From: Pyrinomonadaceae bacterium
Lineage (GTDB): Bacteria > Acidobacteriota > Blastocatellia > Pyrinomonadales > Pyrinomonadaceae
DNA length: 64,000 bases
Direction of reading: 5' to 3'
NCBI GenBank assembly: GCA_014534425.1
Contig: JACVRN010000003.1
Span: forward strand, 11,391 to 75,390
Position 1 is the stretch's first letter; each line of letters starts with the position of its first letter. Positions 28,144 through 36,655 of this stretch are shown in pieces. The translations under genes and the position numbers were made by a program. The notes beneath the pieces are model-generated. The model was given only the letters and a program-made list of their open reading frames with translations. It was not told where the DNA came from and did no database searches.

Positions 28144-28182
28144 GCTGATGACTTTCATAATTTACCAACGGAGGAACCAGAT

Positions 28183-29283
28183 ATGACAGATATGAAAGTA
28201 TTTCCCCCAAGCAAGTACATTAAAGAAGCTTTAGAGGGGCGCGGCTGGAATCAAACCGACTTAGCGTTGATTTTAGGGAGAGGCGCTAAATTTGTTAGTG
28301 ACCTTGTTACAGATAAGAAAAGAGTAGACCCGGAAATTGCTCAGGAATTGGCAGTAGTCTTTAACACAACACCGCAGTATTGGCTTGAACTGGAAAACAC
28401 ATTTAGGTTAGCCCAAACAGATTATGTAGATGAAGCTATCGAAAAGCGAACTAAGCTATTAACGAACTATCCTATTAAAGAGATGCAAAAGCGTGGCTGG
28501 ATTAGTCAGACCGAAAAGCTAGAAGAACTTGAGCCAGAACTTAAAAAGTTTTTTGAAAAAGACGATTTAGAAAAGGATGTAGAACTAAGAGTATCTTACA
28601 AACGAACGGGCAAAGAGGCTAACGCAAATGCGGCTGAAAAGGCCTGGCTTTATCGAGCAAAGCACCTCGCAAGGATGTTACCCGTAGCAGTTTTTGACAT
28701 CAATACTATAGATAAGTTGATAGCGCATCTACGAAAGCTTGCGGCAAAGTCAGGTGCGGTTGTTCGTGTTGCCGAGGCGCTTGCTAACTATGGCATTCGG
28801 TTCGTAGTAGTTGAGCCTCTTCCGAGAGCAAAGATTGATGGGGCGGCATTCTGGCTTGATGAAAATTCGCCAGTTATAGCCATGTCACTTCGCTTTAATA
28901 ACATAGGTAATTTTTGGTTTACCTTAATGCACGAACTCTCTCACATCAAACACAGAGATGCTTTTTCCTTAGATGACTTAGAGGCTTCACCATCTGATGA
29001 AACCGAAATAAGGGCTAATAAAGAGGCGGCAAATGCTCTAGTACCAGAAGAACGGCTGGAAAAATTTATCAAGATGTATTCCCCGTATTATTCGGAAGCG
29101 CGAATCAATAATTTGGCGACGCAGTTAAACATTCATCCTGGAATAATTGTAGGCCAGCTACAGTACCGAAAAGAAGTCGCATACAACACACACACGAAAA
29201 TAATGCCAAAGGTGCGGGAACTGGCTACTACTTCGGCATTTACGGATGGCTGGGGGCATCCAATTCCACAAGTCAGATACTAA
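28183..29283 (+). CDS. Fusion of XRE/HigA-like HTH with ImmA/IrrE (M78, COG2856) zinc metallopeptidase
   Basis: The N-terminal HTH (GWNQTDLALILGRGAKFVSDLVTDKKRVDPEIAQELAVVFNTTPQYWLELENTF) resembles HigA antitoxins. The C-terminal domain has HELSHIKHRD (HExxH). Confidence 0.8.
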   Translation: MTDMKVFPPSKYIKEALEGRGWNQTDLALILGRGAKFVSDLVTDKKRVDPEIAQELAVVFNTTPQYWLELENTFRLAQTDYVDEAIEKRTKLLTNYPIKEMQKRGWISQTEKLEELEPELKKFFEKDDLEKDVELRVSYKRTGKEANANAAEKAWLYRAKHLARMLPVAVFDINTIDKLIAHLRKLAAKSGAVVRVAEALANYGIRFVVVEPLPRAKIDGAAFWLDENSPVIAMSLRFNNIGNFWFTLMHELSHIKHRDAFSLDDLEASPSDETEIRANKEAANALVPEERLEKFIKMYSPYYSEARINNLATQLNIHPGIIVGQLQYRKEVAYNTHTKIMPKVRELATTSAFTDGWGHPIPQVRY

Positions 29284-29293
29284 GGAGTAGAGA

Positions 29294-29797
29294 ATGGATT
29301 ACAACACCAGAATGGCAGACATCATGCGGGAATGGCAGATGGAAACTGGCGCAGATGCGATAGATGTTGATGCTGCTTCCGCTTGGGCTATAGAGACGGG
29401 TAGGTATCAGCGAAAACCTCCTTCAATGCAGCAATTATGCAAGCAGGATATGAAGAGGGCACTACAGCATTCGCGCTATACAGACCCGCAAGGGAATGTG
29501 ATACGAACCATGCACGCGGTTAGACTCCCTTATCACGGCGAGCAACTTACGTTTTATATTGATATTAGAGTAGCGAAGCCGGATATTACGCAGATGTCGT
29601 TTGACCAGAACTTTCAGCGAATCGGCAATGATGTTAAGCGCCATAGTATTGAAAAACATTCCTATGACATAAACAATCCTTATGGCGCGACGCTTCCGGC
29701 CTATGACTACGACTTTAATCAGCACGCCGAAGATGCCCGTATGTCAGGCGAGTATGATGATACGTATGAAGATGATGGGGATGATGAGCTAGATTAG
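29294..29797 (+). CDS. Hypothetical 167-aa protein with an acidic C-terminal tail; family not recognised
   Basis: It starts 10 nt after the HTH-M78 stop, so the two genes look like an operon. It ends ...EYDDTYEDDGDDELD. Confidence 0.55.
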   Translation: MDYNTRMADIMREWQMETGADAIDVDAASAWAIETGRYQRKPPSMQQLCKQDMKRALQHSRYTDPQGNVIRTMHAVRLPYHGEQLTFYIDIRVAKPDITQMSFDQNFQRIGNDVKRHSIEKHSYDINNPYGATLPAYDYDFNQHAEDARMSGEYDDTYEDDGDDELD

Positions 29798-30060
29798 CTT
29801 TCGGTGCTACGCGCATTCCATCTTGCCTTCGCTGCTTTCTTAGCGATAGCAGAGCGTTCCTTTGCAGATAGTTTCTGCGCTCTGGCCTTACCACCCTTAG
29901 ACCCGCCTTTCTGTCCACGCCGGACAGCCTGCGGGTCTTTCTCTTTGACGGGCTGCGGTTCGGCTTCTGTTTCTTCTATAATGAAGTCCAGAATCGCTTT
30001 GGCAAACTGATTCTCGTCTGTGATGCGTTTCCGGCTCTTTTTGCTAGACCGCTTTGGCAT
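29794..30060 (-). CDS. Lys/Arg-rich 88-aa protein (possible nucleic-acid binder)
   Basis: It reads MPKRSSKKSRKR...KGGSKGGKARAQKLSAKERSAIAKKAAKARW. Its stop codon overlaps the stop of the convergent 167-aa gene. No clear ribosome-binding site is seen. Confidence 0.45.
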   Translation of the reverse strand: MPKRSSKKSRKRITDENQFAKAILDFIIEETEAEPQPVKEKDPQAVRRGQKGGSKGGKARAQKLSAKERSAIAKKAAKARWNARSTES

Positions 30061-30136
30061 GAGTGAGATATAGCACAGCCGGATTTAGAAGGCTAGAAAT
30101 AGTTCAGAGTCAGCAACACAGATTTAGGACACTACC

Positions 30137-30144
30137 CCGGCGGT
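30137..30144. repeat. Target-site duplication, right copy (CCGGCGGT)
   Basis: Identical to 26847-26854 and directly abuts the right IR. Confidence 0.85.
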
Positions 30145-30182
30145 TATTGTATATGCATGGCGGATGATAAAATAGGGCTGTA

Positions 30183-31283
30183 ATGAAAGAAAAAGCGCAT
30201 TTGACGGAACTCACGCAGGCGGAGCTGTCCGATTGGGTCGAAGGGCAGGGCGAGCCTCGTTATCGCGGGCGGCAGATTTTCGCGGCGCTGCACGCGCGGC
30301 GTCTACGCTCCTGGGATGAGATGACGGACTTGCCCCTGAGCTTTAGAGAGAAGCTGAAGAAGGAGGCAGCCGTCACAACTCTCACGGTCGAGTCGCGCTA
30401 CATTTCAGAGGACGGCACGCGTCGTTATCTGATGAAGACGCACGACAATCTTCCCGTCGAGACGGTCTTTATTCCCGAAGAGCGGCGCGACACCATCTGC
30501 TTTTCGTCACAGTCGGGCTGCCCGCTTCAATGCGACTTCTGTTTGACGGCGCGCCTCGGACTGCTTCGCACTCTGACCGCAGGCGAGATGGTCGAGCAGA
30601 TAATAGTTGCGCTCAATGATGCTTACGGCGTCGGAGAGAAGTTGCCGCGCGGGACGAATCTGGTGGCGATGGGAGCGGGCGAGCCTTTTCTGGCCTTCGA
30701 GCCACTGATGAAAGCCCTGCGTATCATGGCAGACCCCAAAGGACTTCACATAGTTCCCAGACGCGTGACGGTCTCGACCGCAGGCATCGTGCCGCGCATT
30801 AAAGAACTGGCGACGATTCCAGAGCGCCCGCACCTTGCTATCTCTCTGGCCGCGCCTACGGATGAACTACGCAATCAGTTAATGCCTATAAATAAGAAGT
30901 GGCCGCTTGAAGAGTTGCTCGCGGCTTGCAAGGAGTTTGAGAAATCTTTGAAGCCGGGCGAGCGTTTTACGTTCGAGTACGTGATGCTCGACGGCGTGAA
31001 CGACGCGGACGAGCAGGCGCGGCAGTTGGCGAATCTCTTAAACCGTCACGGGTTGGCGAGGGTTAAAGTAAATCTGATTCCGCACAACACTGCGGAGCCT
31101 CTGCCCTATCGCCCGTCTTCCTGGGAGAGAATCGAAAGCTTCAAAGAGATTCTGGCGTCAAAGGGCGTGAACGCCTTCGTCAGGCGGCCCAGGGGGCGCG
31201 ACATCTATGCCGCCTGCGGACAACTCGCAGCCCGCACGCCCACAGCAGGCGAAGGCCGCTCACTCCTGCATAAAATAGCCTGA
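30183..31283 (+). CDS. rlmN: 23S rRNA/tRNA (adenine-C2)-methyltransferase RlmN
   Basis: Radical SAM motif GCPLQCDFC. The RYRGRQIF N-terminus and the MGAGEP and C-terminal IYAACGQL motifs are present. Confidence 0.9.
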   Translation: MKEKAHLTELTQAELSDWVEGQGEPRYRGRQIFAALHARRLRSWDEMTDLPLSFREKLKKEAAVTTLTVESRYISEDGTRRYLMKTHDNLPVETVFIPEERRDTICFSSQSGCPLQCDFCLTARLGLLRTLTAGEMVEQIIVALNDAYGVGEKLPRGTNLVAMGAGEPFLAFEPLMKALRIMADPKGLHIVPRRVTVSTAGIVPRIKELATIPERPHLAISLAAPTDELRNQLMPINKKWPLEELLAACKEFEKSLKPGERFTFEYVMLDGVNDADEQARQLANLLNRHGLARVKVNLIPHNTAEPLPYRPSSWERIESFKEILASKGVNAFVRRPRGRDIYAACGQLAARTPTAGEGRSLLHKIA

Positions 31284-31409
31284 CGGCCAACCGCACGCAC
31301 TTCTCGGAGCATCACTTGTTTCGGCAGTCAAGCGTTTGTGATTTACAGACGTGAGCATGTACAATCCCGAATCATTAAATTCAGAAAACCAGATGGATTG
31401 AAGTTTGAG

Positions 31410-32009
31410 ATGAGAAGAAAGAACTATCTACGGCTCGCTTTACTCTCTTCGCTTACTCTATCGCTTTTGATCTCCCCCGTAAGCTTTTACGCCCGAAAGA
31501 ACGCAACGCCGTTTGCGACTGAAGCGTCAACATTAGCTCTGCCCGCACAGCCCACGATTTCCGTCAACGGCTTCTTCGCAACGGACAAGGCGCAACGCGG
31601 GCGCGCGGTTCAGGCTGCGGTGGTGATGGAGATTCCGCGCGACTTTCACGTCAACAGCAACAAGCCGCTTGGAAAATACGTCAAGGCGACCGCGCTTAAG
31701 GTCAGTGCCGTGAGCGGAATCAAGATTGGCCCGGTCAGCTACCCGCGCGGCATCATACGCAAGTTCAGCTTCTCCGAAGAACAACTCTCGGTCTTCGAGG
31801 GCCGCGTGGTCATGCGCTTTACCGTCACCATTCCGGCGAACTTCCAGCCGGGCGTCACACAGATAACGGCTCGCCTGTTGTATCAAAGCTGCTCCAACGA
31901 AGTCTGCTTTCAGCCGGAGACGCGCAGCATCAGCATGCCCATTGCCGTCGTAAACGCCAACGAGCCTGTAAAGCGCATCAACGGCAACATCTTCGGTCGA
32001 AGAGGATGA
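31410..32009 (+). CDS. DsbD N-terminal-domain-like (thiol:disulfide interchange) secreted protein
   Basis: A signal peptide follows the ATG at 31410. HVNSNKP...LLYQSCSNEVCFQP resembles the DsbD-alpha/DsbC-type domain. Confidence 0.55.
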   Translation: MRRKNYLRLALLSSLTLSLLISPVSFYARKNATPFATEASTLALPAQPTISVNGFFATDKAQRGRAVQAAVVMEIPRDFHVNSNKPLGKYVKATALKVSAVSGIKIGPVSYPRGIIRKFSFSEEQLSVFEGRVVMRFTVTIPANFQPGVTQITARLLYQSCSNEVCFQPETRSISMPIAVVNANEPVKRINGNIFGRRG

Positions 32010-32110
32010 AAGAGATTTAATCATTGATTCATTTATTCATTTGTTCATTGATTCAATGAAACAATGAACAGATGAATCAATCCCTTTTATCCTTGTCTTC
32101 CTATTACTGA
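32010..32110. repeat. Family-C-related hairpin (TGATTCAT/TTCATT module)
   Basis: TTGATTCATTTATTCATTTGTTCATTGATTCAATGAAACAATGAACAGATGAATCAA is followed by a degenerate TTTTATCCTTGTCTTCCT arm. The element overlaps the pgeF 3' end. Confidence 0.7.
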
Positions 32111-32881
32111 TATCAGGCGGCCTACGCGGCCCAGGGTGCTCTTTTCGCGGCGGTAGGAGAAGAAAAGGTCTGTGCGACACATGGTGCAGAAGGGCGCTGT
32201 GTGTATGCGTTCGGACTTCACGCCCGATTGAATCAGTTGATTTCGGTTTGCTCTTTGAAGGTCTATAAGAGCGTGGCCTTCGCGCGTGGGCTGGAAGAGT
32301 GAGTCCGCGTCATCGAAGTTTGAGCGGAATGCTTCGATGACTTCCGCGCCCACTTCGTAGCAGCAGCCACCGGCAGCAGGGCCAATCGCCGCGCGCACGT
32401 CTTCGGCCCGCGTGCCGTACTGCGCGCTCATGCGTTCCAATGTGCGCTCGACTATGCGCGCGACCGTTCCGCGCCATCCGGCGTGAACGGCTGCACAAGC
32501 GCCCGTGCGTTGGTCGCCCAAGATGACGGGCACGCAGTCCGCGCTCTTGACGGCCAGAAGAATTCCGGCGGCATTCGTTGTGAGCGCATCGCAGCGCACT
32601 TGATCCGAGCGCGCGTCTTCTCTATCGCGCACAATGCGTACGTCCGCAGAGTGCATCTGCCACACGGCTGTCAGTTGCCAGTCCCCGTCGAAGAGGCGTA
32701 GAAAGCGCCTGCGATTCTCGTGTATATTCTCGGCTGCGTCTTCGTGAAAGCCAGCCAGGTTGAGAGCGTTCTGCGGCATGGGGCTGGTGCCGCCCATGCG
32801 TGTTGAAAATCCGTTGATAAAGCCGTCGCGCTCAAGCTCGTGACAGGAGAGCAAGCGAACACCGTCGCGCTCGCGCCACAT
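32087..32881 (-). CDS. pgeF: Peptidoglycan editing factor PgeF (YfiH/laccase-domain family)
   Basis: STRMGG, MHSADV, ADCVPVIL, HAGWRGT and FFSYRR motifs. I place the start at the ATG at 32881. In-frame ATGs up to 32977 would overlap the divergent acpS gene. Confidence 0.8.
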   Translation of the reverse strand: MWRERDGVRLLSCHELERDGFINGFSTRMGGTSPMPQNALNLAGFHEDAAENIHENRRRFLRLFDGDWQLTAVWQMHSADVRIVRDREDARSDQVRCDALTTNAAGILLAVKSADCVPVILGDQRTGACAAVHAGWRGTVARIVERTLERMSAQYGTRAEDVRAAIGPAAGGCCYEVGAEVIEAFRSNFDDADSLFQPTREGHALIDLQRANRNQLIQSGVKSERIHTAPFCTMCRTDLFFSYRREKSTLGRVGRLISVIGRQG

Positions 32882-32912
32882 GAAGCCTGCGCGCTCCAAC
32901 TCAGTTCTTTCT

Positions 32913-33299
32913 GTGATTATTTCCATTGGCATAGACATTATAGAAGTTCGTCGCGTGCGCGAAGTCCTGGAACGCACGCCGCGCTTTTGTGAGCGCGTCT
33001 TTACCCAGAGAGAGCGTGATTACTGCGACTCGCGCGGGGCCGTCGCCGCACAACATTATGCCGCACGCTTCGCCGCTAAAGAAGCCGCGCTGAAGGCGCT
33101 CAAGACGGGTTGGTCAGGCGGCGTAGCCTGGCAGGATGTGGAAGTCTCCTCGCTCGAATCCGGCGCGCCCACGCTGGAATTCCACGGCATAGTGCGCGAG
33201 CTTTATGAACAATCGGGGGCAACCGCCGCGCATCTCTCAATCTCGCACACGACCGAACACGCCATCGCACAGGTCGTTCTGGAAAGAGCAGACGATTAA
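32913..33299 (+). CDS. acpS: Holo-[acyl-carrier-protein] synthase
   Basis: A GTG start gives VIISIGIDIIEV (compare E. coli MAILGLGTDIVEI). FAAKEAALKA is also present. Confidence 0.85.
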   Translation: MIISIGIDIIEVRRVREVLERTPRFCERVFTQRERDYCDSRGAVAAQHYAARFAAKEAALKALKTGWSGGVAWQDVEVSSLESGAPTLEFHGIVRELYEQSGATAAHLSISHTTEHAIAQVVLERADD

Positions 33300-33312
33300 G
33301 AGCAAGAAAAGG

Positions 33313-33355
33313 GACGGCTTTAATTTCAAAGTCAGACTTTGAAATTAAAGCCGTC
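33313..33355. terminator. Bidirectional intrinsic terminator
   Basis: A perfect 19-bp stem (GACGGCTTTAATTTCAAAG / CTTTGAAATTAAAGCCGTC) with a 5-nt loop. T-rich flanks lie on both strands, and the hairpin sits between convergent genes. Confidence 0.75.
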
Positions 33356-33398
33356 CTTCTTTCTCGGAAGTTTCTGGTTTTGAACAATCGAACGATTA

Positions 33399-33740
33399 TT
33401 ATCGAACATCTATTGCGAGGCCGGGTTTGCAGAAGTCGAACTTCTTCGGCGGGGATTCCAGGCCGTCGTCAAAGTAGGCTTTGAAATACTGCACGCAGGC
33501 TTGATCGTTTGTCGAATTGTCCCACACGATTTTTTTCGTCTCGCCGGGGTCTATGCCGTCGCCTATGTCAAAATATCCCCAGCGCTTGCCGTCCTCAGAG
33601 ACCAGCAGCTTGAGAACTCTGTTCTTGCCTATGTTGCGAACCGTAAAGGAATATTCCTGAGATTTGGCGAAGCTTGCGGGGACGCTCAGCAGAAGAAGCG
33701 CGAAGACCAAGAGGGTGGCTTTTCTTAAACTGTGTTTCAT
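33399..33740 (-). CDS. Small secreted hypothetical protein
   Basis: Signal peptide (MKHSLRKATLLVFALLLLSVPASFA); 113 aa. Confidence 0.55.
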   Translation of the reverse strand: MKHSLRKATLLVFALLLLSVPASFAKSQEYSFTVRNIGKNRVLKLLVSEDGKRWGYFDIGDGIDPGETKKIVWDNSTNDQACVQYFKAYFDDGLESPPKKFDFCKPGLAIDVR

Positions 33741-33889
33741 GGGCGGGTCCTCCTTTGAAGGGGTAACTGGTTGCTGTTAGGGTAAAGCCTGCTCATAATA
33801 CTCATCTACGGTTGAGATTGGCAATAGAAGAGCCTGCTTGCCCCTTGACGGGAATCAGCGCGCCCCTTTGCCTAAGGCTTTATTAGAGT

Positions 33890-36478
33890 TTATGGCTTGG
33901 CGCGCATTTCGTTGACGAGGGTTGGACGCCCGCGCACATTCTCCACGCGGGTTGCGCTGTATGGCGTGTATTCATCTGCGTTCGTCATAACAGGAGGGCG
34001 CGACGGCTGAAATGTTCTTCGACTCGCGCTTTCATCCTTCGCGGCTCGGCTTTGTGCGTTCTCGTCCACATAAATGACGGGCGGCTCGTTGCTCTCCGTC
34101 AAATCGGAGGCGAACTCATCAAACAACAGGCTGTGCTTGTAGCATTCTGCTGTGGTGACGAAGTTGCTGGTGACTGCCACGCGCTCTCGTTGCGGGCAAG
34201 CGGGCGTGGCAATCATCCCCGTCTCAGGGTCTATCTCAAGCGTCGTGATGCCAGCCGGTCTCTCAAACTTTTCGCCGCCCAACTCCGGGCGCTGCTCAAC
34301 AGCCGCTTTGACGAAATCCATCCACGCCGGAAGAGCGGCTTCCGCGCCCGTCAGTCCAAGTTGCTTGTTGTCGTCAAAGCCTATCCAGACGGCAACGACC
34401 AGGTTGGGCGTGTAGCCTACGAACCAGCCGTCGCGCGACGTTCCGGTCTTCCCAGCAATCACAGTCCCGCGCACAGCCCCTCGCGCCGCACGCGCAGTCC
34501 CGTGGTCAATCACGTCCGCCAACATATCCGTAATCATGTAAGCGGTCGTGGGGCGTATGACCTGCGAATGCGCGGGTGTTGTGCTGATGATGTCTGCGCC
34601 TTCTGAGTCGGTCGCGCGTGCGATCACGCGGGGCGCTACAAGCTGACCATTTCCGGCGAAAGCAGTGTAAGCCGCAGCCATCTCAAGCGGCGTCGCTTCG
34701 GTTGTGCCGAGCGCAAGAGCCGGATAAGGCTCCGGCTTAGGCAGCCCCAAACTTCGCGCAGTCTGTGCCACGCGCTCAAGCCCCGCGCGCATGCTGACAT
34801 CAACCGTCACGACGTTGAGCGACTTAATCAATCCCGTTCGCATCGTCACGTCCTGCATGGAATACTGGTCGCCGTAGTTGGCCGGGCGATACTTTGCGCG
34901 ACGGTCATAGATGAACTCGCGCGGCGCGTCCATGTAGAGCGAGAGCGGCGAAAGCCCGCTTTCAAGCGCGGCTGTGTAGACTATGGGTTTGAAGACCGAG
35001 CCTGGCTGGCGGCGAGCATCCGTTGCGCGATTCAACTGCGACTCCGCGTAATCGCGCCCGCCCACCATAGCCAGCACGTCTCCCGTCTTCGGGTCGAGCG
35101 CCACGAGCGCGGCCTGCGGCGTGGCCTTGCCACTGTAAACTTTATCCAGGCGCTCAAGCTGTTTGCGGATTGATGTCTCTGCCAGTTGCTGCAACTCTGG
35201 ATCAATCGTCGTGTAGACTCTGAGGCCCCTTTCATCCTCTGAAGAGGCTTGCGAAAGCTCGGATTCAATCATGCGATTGACGTAATCTACGAAGTAGGGC
35301 GCAAGCGAGGTGCTGGTGTCCTGAACCGGCGCAAGCTTCAGAGGCTCGCGCGAAGCCGCGCGTGCTTCTTCCAGAGTAATTGCGCCGTCACGCACCATCG
35401 TTCCGAGAACGGTATTGCGTCGCGCGAGGGCCGCGTCCGCGTGACGCTCCGGCGAATATCGGCTAGGGCTTTGAATCATTCCCGCGATGGTCGCGCTTTC
35501 TGCGAGAGTCAAATCTTTAAGCTCTTTCCCGAAGTAGATGCGCGCAGCCTCCTCAACGCCGCGCACCCCCAGGCTTCCGCGCTGGCCCAGATAAATCTCG
35601 TTTGCGTAGAGCGCGAAGATGTCTTCCTTCGACAGACGCCGCTCAAGCGTGAAGGCCAGCATCGCTTCCGCGAATTTGCGTTTGATGGTTCGCTCCGGCG
35701 AAAGGTAAGTGTTTTTGACAAGCTGCTGCGTGATGGTGGAGCCGCCCTGCCCGAACTCGTTATCGCCGGCGTTGCGAAGTATCGCGCGGCCTATGCCGAA
35801 GAGGTCAAGCCCTTTGTGTTCGAAAAAGCGATGGTCTTCAATCGAGAGAATGGCGCGCACCAGCACGGGCGGAATATCGTTGTAAGAGAGCGCCGCGCGC
35901 TTACCAGACTTCATGCCTGCATCTGTCGTCAGGACTTCCGGCTCAAGCGTGTATGACTCTAAGGTCACGCCGTCGCCTCTCAACTCGGCTATGCGCTCTT
36001 GCTTGTTAAAGCGCACGCGTACTGTGGAAAAAGGGCTGCCCGCGCTCGCGTGTCGCGGCTGAATCTCGACAGCGTCCCCGGACGCAGTAAAGCTTCCGCT
36101 CCAGACATCGCTCGCGTCCGTTTCGACGTAGCCCGCGCGGCGCAGCAACTCCACCAGGCGGTCACGGGAAAGAGACTGGCCGGTGCGTAGCGTGCGCGGC
36201 GCGGCATAGATGCCAGCGCGGCTCGTCAGATAACCGCTAGCGAGTCTGTCATCGACTATCTTTGAATAGGAGAGGTAGGAATAGATTAGAAAGCCAAGGC
36301 TCAAAGCAGAGAGAACTGCGAGCGCTATCCCGGAGCGAACGAGAATGCGGCGCAGTCTGGAATGGCCCAGGGGAACTTCAGATTTTATGACGCGGATGCG
36401 CGGCTTGAACTTGCTGCGACGAGGCTTCTGTATGGATGTAACTTCTATTGCCATAGTGTGCCCCGTCTCAGAAGACAA
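33890..36478 (-). CDS. mrcA: Class A penicillin-binding protein (PBP1A family transglycosylase/transpeptidase)
   Basis: The glycosyltransferase motifs are EDHRFFEHKG and GGSTITQQ. The transpeptidase motifs are SVFKP, SLN and KTGT. Confidence 0.9.
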   Translation of the reverse strand: MSSETGHTMAIEVTSIQKPRRSKFKPRIRVIKSEVPLGHSRLRRILVRSGIALAVLSALSLGFLIYSYLSYSKIVDDRLASGYLTSRAGIYAAPRTLRTGQSLSRDRLVELLRRAGYVETDASDVWSGSFTASGDAVEIQPRHASAGSPFSTVRVRFNKQERIAELRGDGVTLESYTLEPEVLTTDAGMKSGKRAALSYNDIPPVLVRAILSIEDHRFFEHKGLDLFGIGRAILRNAGDNEFGQGGSTITQQLVKNTYLSPERTIKRKFAEAMLAFTLERRLSKEDIFALYANEIYLGQRGSLGVRGVEEAARIYFGKELKDLTLAESATIAGMIQSPSRYSPERHADAALARRNTVLGTMVRDGAITLEEARAASREPLKLAPVQDTSTSLAPYFVDYVNRMIESELSQASSEDERGLRVYTTIDPELQQLAETSIRKQLERLDKVYSGKATPQAALVALDPKTGDVLAMVGGRDYAESQLNRATDARRQPGSVFKPIVYTAALESGLSPLSLYMDAPREFIYDRRAKYRPANYGDQYSMQDVTMRTGLIKSLNVVTVDVSMRAGLERVAQTARSLGLPKPEPYPALALGTTEATPLEMAAAYTAFAGNGQLVAPRVIARATDSEGADIISTTPAHSQVIRPTTAYMITDMLADVIDHGTARAARGAVRGTVIAGKTGTSRDGWFVGYTPNLVVAVWIGFDDNKQLGLTGAEAALPAWMDFVKAAVEQRPELGGEKFERPAGITTLEIDPETGMIATPACPQRERVAVTSNFVTTAECYKHSLLFDEFASDLTESNEPPVIYVDENAQSRAAKDESASRRTFQPSRPPVMTNADEYTPYSATRVENVRGRPTLVNEMRAKP

Positions 36479-36655
36479 AGAGCTTCTTCCGGCGTCGAAC
36501 GAATCAACCGGAATAACTGGGTCTGCTTTCTCTGTGCTTCGTATAAATGCGTAATCGCTAACGAATTCTATTATTGCGCGCTTGGGCTTTAAGATTGTGG
36601 CGGCCTCCGGCTCATCCTCGGGCCGCCAAGCGTTTTACGCTTTCCCCTTCGCCTC

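Larger units (their letters stand above)
26855..30136 (-). mobile_element. IS1-family transposon carrying passenger genes (3,282 bp)
   Basis: The terminal inverted repeats are GGTAGTGTCCTAAAAGTGTGTTGCT (26855-26879) and the reverse complement of 30112-30136; they match at 23/25. The ends fit the IS1 GGnnnTG pattern. An 8-bp TSD and an IS1-type DDE transposase are present. The interior is visibly AT-rich. Confidence 0.85.
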
